NCBI GenBank assembly: GCA_963741955.1
Contig: CAVUKB010000004.1
Location: forward strand, 576,001 to 640,000
Source: an uncultured Acidobacteriota bacterium
GTDB lineage: Bacteria > Acidobacteriota > Thermoanaerobaculia > Gp7-AA8
Direction of reading: 5' to 3'
Length of the DNA: 64,000 nucleotides
Below, piece after piece: positions 19,136 to 26,523 of this stretch (positions are counted from its first letter, which is position 1; each line of letters opens with the position of its first letter). The notes under the pieces are model-generated. The model was not told the DNA's origin. It did no database searches and saw only the letters and a program-made list of their open reading frames with translations. A program made the position numbers and the translations under genes.

Positions 19136-20458
19136 ATGAGATCTCGCTTTCTCTTCCTCGTCGCTCTCGTGACCCTCTTTGCATTCCCCCTCCTTGCCGC
19201 CACGCACGTCGTCGTTTTTTCCGGAACGCCACCCGCGGATTTCCAGAGCCGCGTCGTTGCACTCGGCGGATCGGTGGTTTTCGTCCATGCGGATGCCGGA
19301 GTGGCGTCCGTCGAGGGACTCTCGGACTCCGCGGCAGCAGCTCTGGAGAAGAGCTCCGGCATCCGGATCGTGGAGCCCGATCAGGAGTTCACCATCGCCC
19401 CTGCCTCGTTGGACTCGGCTGAGCTGGCCGAGGTCGAGCCGAACAGTGCGGCGGATCCGACGAGCGCGTACTTCTACGCGCGCCAATGGCACCTCCGGCA
19501 GATCGGAGCTCCCGCGGCATGGGCCGCAGGGAAGCTCGGATCACCTGCGGTCACGGTGGCGGTGCTCGACACAGGCATTGCGTACACCTGTCCCGACCTC
19601 CAGGGGCGGGTGGACCTGAGCCGCTCGGTCTCGTTCCAGCCGGGTGACGACGCGGTCGTCGCCGCTCTCTTCCCCGGGCTCGATCCGATCACCGATCTCT
19701 ATTTCCACGGCACCCACGTCAGTGCCACGATCTCCAGCAATGGTCTCGTCGGCGCTGGTGTCACGTCCGGTGTCACACTGATGGGAGTGAAGGTCCTCAA
19801 CTACCAGGGCAGCGGGTCGACGACCTCGACCGTGCGCGGGATCCTGTGGGCCGCCGACCATGGAGCGGACGTGATCAACATGAGTCTCGGCGGAGGATTC
19901 GCGAAGAACGGAGCCGGTCGTCTCGTCGCATATCTGAACCAGGCGACGAATTACGCGTACCGCAAGGGAGCCCTCGTCGTCGTTTCAGCCGGCAACAGCG
20001 CCTGGGATCTCGACCACGATGGCAACACCTACATCAGCTACTGCAACGCTCCGAACGTGGTCTGCGTCTCGGCCACCGGGCCGCTGAATTACAGCCTGGC
20101 CGGCCCGTGGGTTGCGCCCGACACGCCTGCCGATTACACGAACTACGGCCGCTCCGCCATTTCGGTCGCGGCTCCCGGTGGTTTCGGCAGCTACGTGTAC
20201 GAGGCGTGCTCGAACACCAGTCTGGCGATTCCCGTCTGCCAGACCGGCAACTACATCCTCGGCGCGAGCGGAACCAGCATGGCCGCGCCGCACGTGTCGG
20301 GTCTCGCAGCGTTGATCGTGGGAGAGATCGGCCACGGCAATCCCGCCCGGGTTCGGGCGCGGCTGCTGCAGTCCGCGGACGATCTCGGGCAGCCGGGTAC
20401 TGATCCTTTCTACGGTAAGGGGAGAATCAACGTTCCGCGGGCCCTCGGACTCGAATAG
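19136..20458 (+). CDS. Secreted S8 (subtilisin-like) serine peptidase
   Basis: Signal peptide, pro-domain, catalytic triad VLDTGI / FHGTHV / GTSMAAPHV; AAAGGA RBS. Confidence 0.93.
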   Translation: MRSRFLFLVALVTLFAFPLLAATHVVVFSGTPPADFQSRVVALGGSVVFVHADAGVASVEGLSDSAAAALEKSSGIRIVEPDQEFTIAPASLDSAELAEVEPNSAADPTSAYFYARQWHLRQIGAPAAWAAGKLGSPAVTVAVLDTGIAYTCPDLQGRVDLSRSVSFQPGDDAVVAALFPGLDPITDLYFHGTHVSATISSNGLVGAGVTSGVTLMGVKVLNYQGSGSTTSTVRGILWAADHGADVINMSLGGGFAKNGAGRLVAYLNQATNYAYRKGALVVVSAGNSAWDLDHDGNTYISYCNAPNVVCVSATGPLNYSLAGPWVAPDTPADYTNYGRSAISVAAPGGFGSYVYEACSNTSLAIPVCQTGNYILGASGTSMAAPHVSGLAALIVGEIGHGNPARVRARLLQSADDLGQPGTDPFYGKGRINVPRALGLE

Positions 20459-20484
20459 TCTTCACCGGAGATGCTTTTCTCGAG

Positions 20485-20513
20485 ACGGGGCCGCAGCATT
20501 GCGGCCCCGTTTC
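20485..20513 (+). terminator. Probable intrinsic terminator hairpin
   Basis: ACGGGGCCGCA-GCAT-TGCGGCCCCGT followed by TTC, just after the S8 stop; short U-tail. Confidence 0.65.
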
Positions 20514-20595
20514 ATCTCCGGCCGGCTCGCTTCGCATCGTTCCCGGGAGAACCCCGACGCACAACGCGGAATCCCGCTGTTACAATGGCGCCCTC

Positions 20596-22395
20596 ATGGC
20601 AAGACGATTCCCCGAGACGCCGATGAACGAAGCCGACAAACGCAATCTGATCGCCCAATGGGCGTTCGACACACGTCCGGTGCTGCTCCGGTTCCATCTG
20701 TGGCTCGAAGACGTCGAAGTCGAGCGGTCGCCACAGGAGGGGCCGGTCTCCGATTTCACGTTCACACCGCGCGGGATCGCACGCTGCGTCGCGATGACCT
20801 CCGCAGCGACCGCGCTCGGCACTCGCCTGTTCGGCGAGTTCGGCGCCGGAGCGGGGAAAGAGAAGGCGGTCTACAACCAGTTCAAGAAGTCCGCGGATGC
20901 GATCAGTGCCTACGTCATGAGCGAAGGGCTGTGGCATCTGACCCGAACTCTCCCCGAGAACCACGCGATCATGGTCTCGCTCGGCGAAGGGTTGATGCCG
21001 AAGGCTGGCGAGACGCCCGAGATGGGGGCGAATCCTCTGCTCGGATTCGGCCGCGTCTACGCGCGACCCGAAGTCGCACGCGCGGTCGACCGGCGCGTTC
21101 GGCGGCTGCTCAATGAGGACGGACACACGTTCCAACAGTTCTACGACTGGATGCAGGATCGCGGCATCACTCTCTGGGGTGCGGCGGTCGACACACTGGA
21201 GAACACTTCCCGTTTCGCGGAAGGAAAAGAAACCGGGCCGATGTCGGTGCTGCACCTCTTCGACTCGCCGCTCCGGATGGCGCAGCCGTACGAGTCCTAC
21301 ATGGGATGTCTCACCGTGCCGCGGCGGGTCTCCGAAGCGGCGTCCGACGCATCGATCCGGCTCGACTACAGAAGCCCGCGAAGGTTCGTGGTCGAAGCGA
21401 TCGAGAAGGCGTATCCCGGAATCCGGCGGGAGAACATCCACGTCTGGACTCTCCGCGGCAAGAGCCGTTCGCAGCGACTCGGCGAGTTGTGGGAGGAGTG
21501 GGAAGGGCTCGGCGCGCACCTGGTCGAAGACGGATGGAAAACGCCGGCGGGGCTCGAAGTGTTCACCGACTCGGGGACGTATGCCCCGACTTTCCTGGTG
21601 GGGAGCTGGAAAGATGCCGAGGGGCAGCCTCACGTGTTCCTCTGCGACGGCTACGCGGCCAGCGCCGAAGCGATGCAGGCCGCGAGTCTCTCGGAAGTGC
21701 TCGACGTCGACGCGACGATGGCTGTCTTCTCTCCGACCTTCAATCTTCCGTGTGCGGTGGAAGCGAGGCTGATGCAGCTCGATCCCTCTTCGCCGGAATT
21801 CGCGGCACGGGTGGCCGAGCTCGTCGGTGGAATGGATGCCGATCCGGCGAGAGTCGAGACGTACGCCGGTGCGATTCGCGATGCGGAGGAGTCGAACGTT
21901 CCGATGGGAAAGCGGATCCTCTGCGCCGACGACTTCCTCCCGGAAAAGGAGTGGAAGGTCCTCGCGAGCATCGGCTACATGTGCGACGATCCCTACACCG
22001 GAGCCGCCGGTGTCACGGAGGTCGGCGACGGCGTGTACAAGGTCAGAACGCGACTCGCCACCCGTCGTGCATCGTCACTGATCACGCTGACCTTCCGGCT
22101 GATGGAGTCGATGGATCAGGCGAGACAGGTTTTCAGTCCGCTCCTGGTTCGATTTCTCTCCGGAGTGGATCCGGAGCGGCGTCCGGTCAAGATCTCCGAC
22201 TCCGGACGGATCCGCAACGAGCTGCAGACGATGCTCTCGCAGGCTCTCGAGCACGAAGGAGAACGGATCCGCGTTCACTTCGACCGGATCGACGCTCAGG
22301 TGATGCCCCGCGAGAAGCAGGAGACGATCCGGAAGGTCCTCCTCTGGTACAAGGAGAATCATCCGGTATGGTTCGATTGGCTCGACGTGGATTGA
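20596..22395 (+). CDS. Divergent GlpX (class II FBPase/SBPase)-like protein with C-terminal extension
   Basis: KKSADAIS, SLGEGLM, AVDTLENT, YMGCL and DGYAASAEAMQAASL are collinear with GlpX motifs ADxAA, IGEGE, AVDPLEGT, YMxKL and GxGGxPEGVLAAAAL. TACAAT -10-like hexamer at 20581. Confidence 0.6.
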   Translation: MARRFPETPMNEADKRNLIAQWAFDTRPVLLRFHLWLEDVEVERSPQEGPVSDFTFTPRGIARCVAMTSAATALGTRLFGEFGAGAGKEKAVYNQFKKSADAISAYVMSEGLWHLTRTLPENHAIMVSLGEGLMPKAGETPEMGANPLLGFGRVYARPEVARAVDRRVRRLLNEDGHTFQQFYDWMQDRGITLWGAAVDTLENTSRFAEGKETGPMSVLHLFDSPLRMAQPYESYMGCLTVPRRVSEAASDASIRLDYRSPRRFVVEAIEKAYPGIRRENIHVWTLRGKSRSQRLGELWEEWEGLGAHLVEDGWKTPAGLEVFTDSGTYAPTFLVGSWKDAEGQPHVFLCDGYAASAEAMQAASLSEVLDVDATMAVFSPTFNLPCAVEARLMQLDPSSPEFAARVAELVGGMDADPARVETYAGAIRDAEESNVPMGKRILCADDFLPEKEWKVLASIGYMCDDPYTGAAGVTEVGDGVYKVRTRLATRRASSLITLTFRLMESMDQARQVFSPLLVRFLSGVDPERRPVKISDSGRIRNELQTMLSQALEHEGERIRVHFDRIDAQVMPREKQETIRKVLLWYKENHPVWFDWLDVD

Positions 22396-22416
22396 GCGGC
22401 GCCCGACGCGGGCCAC

Positions 22417-22473
22417 TGCCCGCGTTAATCACGGGATTTCTGTCGCGACGAAATCCCGTGAATAGTCCGGGCT
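22417..22473. mobile_element. Internally deleted copy of the AGCCCGGA...TCCGGGCT MITE-like element
   Basis: TCACGGGATTTC-TGTCGCGAC-GAAATCCCGTGA perfect 12-bp stem, ending AATAGTCCGGGCT; the ends match the element at 61861-62032. Confidence 0.7.
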
Positions 22474-22477
22474 GGAG

Positions 22478-22518
22478 CGGCACGGCTTCCGCCGTGCCGG
22501 CCGCGGCTAAGCCGCGGC
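22478..22518. repeat. Two adjacent REP-like GC hairpins
   Basis: CGGCACGGC-TTCC-GCCGTGCCG and GCCGCGGC-TAA-GCCGCGGC, between convergent genes. Confidence 0.55.
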
Positions 22519-22641
22519 GACACACCGGGCCAGAACAAAATTCTGTAGAAGTCGTCATGTGCCGGTGATTATTTCTGAAAATGGCCTCCAGACAGAATAA
22601 AATTCTGCGATACGTCCTGGTTGCAGAATGATTCGCTGTGC

Positions 22642-24282
22642 CTAGGTTTCCGAGCGCAACCGCTTCCGCATCTGCCAGAGGAGATGGGACAGATGCGGCC
22701 GGCGCGATTCGCCGGTGGCGACGATGAGGAGCTTGGTGATCTTCAGCTCCAGCGGATCGGTGTAGAGGAGGATCAGCATCTCCCGGATGTAGCTCGTGTT
22801 GAGCGTGACGTAGTTGTCGGTGCCGACGCCGAGCCGCAGCCCTTTCTTCTCCCACCATGAAAAGGGATGGTCCTTTTCGTCTTCCAGCGCGCCGGTGAGT
22901 TTGCGGTTGGAGGAGGGGAGGGCGACGAGGGTGAGGCGCTTGTCGATCATCCGGTTCAGGACGTCGTGCTGGTAGTGTTCGAGCTCGGTGGCGAGGTGGA
23001 ACTTCGCCTTCGTGAAGAGCGTGGTCTCACCGCTCGAGAGCGGCTCCCCGCGGAGGAGCTTTTCCCGGATGTGCTCCCGCGTGTTCCAGTCGATGTCGAA
23101 CAGTTCGTCGTGCTCGGGAGCTTCCGGCTGGATCGCGATCCCGCGGATATTCAGCTCCAGCACTCGCTGCAGAAGACGGTGGAAGTAGTAGTTGGGATTG
23201 ATGCCGAGCGAGAGGCCGTGCTCGATCGCATCGACGTGCCAGATGTTCATGGCGTTGTCGACCGCCTGAATGCCCTGGCGGAGCGTCTTCCACGTCTCGC
23301 CATGGTGGCTTCGGGTGCGGAAGCCGTACGCCTGCAGTTTTCGGATTCCGACCCGCATCTCCTGGAAATGAGCCTTGCGGTAGAAGCCGCGCTCGTTGCC
23401 GACCGTGTCGATCTCGTTCATCACCTCGCGGAGCTCCGGATGGATGCGAAGGATCTCGATGATCTGCCGGACCTGGTCGTCGAAGCTCGCGCGTTTCGAC
23501 GGATACTTTGCCGCGTCGAAGAAACCCGGTTCCTTCCGGAAGCTGGGCGAGAGAATGAAGCGGAATCCGGGCTGCTCCCGCTGGAAATCCCTGAACCCTT
23601 CGTAGAGACCGATCACCACGTCTTCCGGGGTCAGGTCTTCGATTCCAGGAATCTGTTCGCTGGAGATGGTGGTCTCCCGGAAGAGGGTGAATTTCAAACG
23701 GATCGTCCCGACGTTCGCTTCGTGCCAGAGGCGGGACGCCATGTGGCGGGCGGCGGCGCGATGCGCCTCGCGCGAGGTGAGGACCAGCTTCGAAAGATAG
23801 AGTACCTGGAGATAGCGGTCGAAGCGGTCGTCGCGCCCCAGCCGGATGAGCCGATCGACGTCGGCGGCACTCCGGAGCGGGAGACTCCCCGGGCCGTAGA
23901 CTTCGGCGATCTTCGCCTCGTAGACCGCGCGCTGCGGCCCGTCGAGGAGTGTCGCGAGACGGGGATAGATGAACTCCGCGTCCAGCGATCCGGTCAGATG
24001 GGTGTGCTCGTCGCGGAAGGGAATCGGAAACGCGTGGAAGAAATCATGGAGAGCGCGGGAGAAGGGATGCTCGAGGAGCGGTTCGATCGAGACTTCGTCC
24101 ACCCGGAAGCGGTCCAGAAGGGAGTGGAATTCGCGGATGATCGCGGCAACTTCCCCGTCCTGGTCGAGCGCGGGTGTCCGTCCGGCCAGCTCGAGCGTAT
24201 CGCCGAGGGAGAGGCCGTTCGTTTCACTGATCAGTTCGGAGAGGAATCGGGTGAGCCGTTCGGTCGGAGATGGTTCCGGCAT
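22642..24282 (-). CDS. Adenosine/AMP deaminase-like amidohydrolase (divergent)
   Basis: EHTHLTGSL (HxH), SHHGET (HxGE), IEHG, LPSSN, HPF...GVGTDN occur in the ADA motif order. Confidence 0.75.
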   Translation of the reverse strand: MPEPSPTERLTRFLSELISETNGLSLGDTLELAGRTPALDQDGEVAAIIREFHSLLDRFRVDEVSIEPLLEHPFSRALHDFFHAFPIPFRDEHTHLTGSLDAEFIYPRLATLLDGPQRAVYEAKIAEVYGPGSLPLRSAADVDRLIRLGRDDRFDRYLQVLYLSKLVLTSREAHRAAARHMASRLWHEANVGTIRLKFTLFRETTISSEQIPGIEDLTPEDVVIGLYEGFRDFQREQPGFRFILSPSFRKEPGFFDAAKYPSKRASFDDQVRQIIEILRIHPELREVMNEIDTVGNERGFYRKAHFQEMRVGIRKLQAYGFRTRSHHGETWKTLRQGIQAVDNAMNIWHVDAIEHGLSLGINPNYYFHRLLQRVLELNIRGIAIQPEAPEHDELFDIDWNTREHIREKLLRGEPLSSGETTLFTKAKFHLATELEHYQHDVLNRMIDKRLTLVALPSSNRKLTGALEDEKDHPFSWWEKKGLRLGVGTDNYVTLNTSYIREMLILLYTDPLELKITKLLIVATGESRRPHLSHLLWQMRKRLRSET

Positions 24283-24680
24283 ACGGCGGCATTATCCTGC
24301 AAAAAAGCGGGCAGAAAAAAAGTGGTCCCGGAGGCCTTTGCCCTTCGGGACCGTTCTCGGCGCGTTGACATCCGCAAAGGGGCATTCGCGCCGCTTGCCT
24401 CGATTGATCTATCGCCTCATTCGTGGCTCCTGCGACTCCGTTGGCATCCGCGATAGGGCATTCGGTGTCGAGGTAGCGATCAATCTAGGTTCGCCTTTCG
24501 GATCGCGCAAGGGTTTCGGCTGTTACAGAATCGCGGTTTTCCACAGATCTCCGCAGATGCCGTGCACACGCTGCTGAGCAGTCTGCCGGCAAGTCCAGGT
24601 ATCGCAATCATCAGCGCCGTGTCACAGCTGTGGAGATTCCGATGGAGATTCGAACCCGTCCGTTGTTGTACCATTTCGGA

Positions 24681-25763
24681 ATGAACAGCAACCTTCGATC
24701 CGTGATCGTGGGAACGGGATCGTCGATCCCGTCCGTCCGCGTTCCGAACGAGAATTTTCTCAGTCATGAATTCTGGGGAGCAGACCGGAAGAAGATCGAC
24801 AAGACGAACGCGACCATTCTCGAGCAGTTCGAATCGATCACCGGAATCCGCGAGCGTCGCTACGCGGAAGACGACCGGGTCTCGTCGGATCTGGCGAGCG
24901 AGGCCGCGCGGGAAGCGCTCGCTTCGAACGGGTCGAACGGGGAGGACCTCGACGGGATCATCGTCGCGCACAACTTCGGCGACGTCCGCCTCGGGTCGCG
25001 TCGCTCCGATCTGGTTCCCTCGCTCGCGGCGCGGGTCAAGCACAATCTCGGGATCCGCAATCCCGCTGCCGCCGCATTCGATCTGATCTTCGGCTGTCCG
25101 GGATGGTTGCAGGGCATCATCGTCGCCGACTCGATGATCCGCTCCGGCGCTGCGAAACGGATGATGGTCATCGGATCCGAGACTCTCTCCCGGGTCACCG
25201 ACCCGCACGACCGCGACACATTGATTTATGCGGACGGCGCTGGCGCGACCATCCTGGAGGGACGGGAGTCGGAAGACGATGCGGGAGTCCTCGCGTACAC
25301 GGTCCGCTCCGACAGCGCGGAGCAGCTGGAAATGCTGTTCATGGCGCGCTCGTACCATCCGGATCTGGTCGGTGACGAGATCTTCCTGAAGATGGAAGGG
25401 CGGAAGCTCTACAAGTACGCGCTGCAGACGGTGGCCGGGGCGATCCTCGATTGCCTGAAGAAGGCCGGAATCGGGCTGCAGGACGTGAAGAAGGTCCTCA
25501 TTCACCAGGCGAATGCCAAGATGGACGAGGCGATTCTCGGAGCTCTCTATCAAACTGCAGGTCTGACCCCTCCGGACGACGTCATGCCGATGACGATATC
25601 CTGGCTGGGGAACAGCTCCGTTGCTACGATCCCCACCATGCTGGATCTGATCGTCCGCGGCCGTCTCGAGCCCCACACCATCTCGAAGGGGGACATCGTC
25701 GTCTTCGCGTCGGTCGGCGCGGGGATGCACATCAACGCGGCGGTCTACCGCTGGGCCTCGTGA
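24681..25763 (+). CDS. fabH: 3-oxoacyl-ACP synthase III family protein
   Basis: TGIRERR, FGCPGW (catalytic Cys), HQANAKM, GNSSVATIP, ASVGAG. Confidence 0.88.
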   Translation: MNSNLRSVIVGTGSSIPSVRVPNENFLSHEFWGADRKKIDKTNATILEQFESITGIRERRYAEDDRVSSDLASEAAREALASNGSNGEDLDGIIVAHNFGDVRLGSRRSDLVPSLAARVKHNLGIRNPAAAAFDLIFGCPGWLQGIIVADSMIRSGAAKRMMVIGSETLSRVTDPHDRDTLIYADGAGATILEGRESEDDAGVLAYTVRSDSAEQLEMLFMARSYHPDLVGDEIFLKMEGRKLYKYALQTVAGAILDCLKKAGIGLQDVKKVLIHQANAKMDEAILGALYQTAGLTPPDDVMPMTISWLGNSSVATIPTMLDLIVRGRLEPHTISKGDIVVFASVGAGMHINAAVYRWAS

Positions 25764-25802
25764 CGCGCGCCGTTCACGTTCGCGCGTAGAGCGATCCCCG
25801 AC

Positions 25803-26369
25803 TCATTCCTTTCCGATTGCGGCGAGCGCTCGCCGGGCGAGATCGACGGCCGCGGCGTGACCTGCATCGGGCGCCGGGAAGTTCTTCGGTGTCACGATCA
25901 GGTAGTACTTTCCGCCCTCGAAGACGTGGAGCTTGTCAAACTGCCAGAACGCATCGTTTCCGAGTCCCGGTACGGTGATCATCTTCACGCTCGAATCCGC
26001 GAGCTCTTCCCGGACCGCATCGGCGTGATGCGGGTTCTCGATGGGGCTCTGCTCGACGAAGAGTGTCAGCTCACGGTCGGATGTCGACGACTTGAACAGA
26101 CAGCTGCTCATTCCGGGAGTGACTCTTCCCATCGGCGAGTTGACCAGCTCGCGCGGCTCGCCGGCCGGTTCTCCCAGTACCTCTGCGATGGCGGAGGAGG
26201 GGAGGAGCTTGCAGGCGTCGAGCTGCTTCTCCGGAGGTGCGCTCTCCGCCGTCGCCGTCGCGGAATGGCTCGTCGTCGCCGGAGACGGTTTCCCCGAGCC
26301 GTTGCAGCCGACCAGCGAGAGAAGGGACAAGCCGAGGATCAGGAGCGGGAAACGATTTCGTACGTGCAT
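25803..26369 (-). CDS. Hypothetical lipoprotein
   Basis: Lipobox LVGC, Ser/Thr/Pro linker, DACKLL and VPGLGNDAFW motifs; GGAG RBS. Confidence 0.75.
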   Translation of the reverse strand: MHVRNRFPLLILGLSLLSLVGCNGSGKPSPATTSHSATATAESAPPEKQLDACKLLPSSAIAEVLGEPAGEPRELVNSPMGRVTPGMSSCLFKSSTSDRELTLFVEQSPIENPHHADAVREELADSSVKMITVPGLGNDAFWQFDKLHVFEGGKYYLIVTPKNFPAPDAGHAAAVDLARRALAAIGKE

Positions 26370-26523
26370 GGACTCTCCATCTGTTGTCGAAGCGGAACCG
26401 TACGGACTCCGGGCGATCGAGTCAAGAGCCTCGACGGACTGCCATTTTGACGGATCCTCCTATCGAACGGGGGGTTGCGTCCGGAGGCCACTCGCGGCAC
26501 TCTTGTCGTGTTCGGTTTTTCTG

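Noticed and set aside
22642-24282. RADAR anti-phage system
   Set aside because: No adjacent RdrA-like AAA+ ATPase; only a deaminase-fold gene is present.
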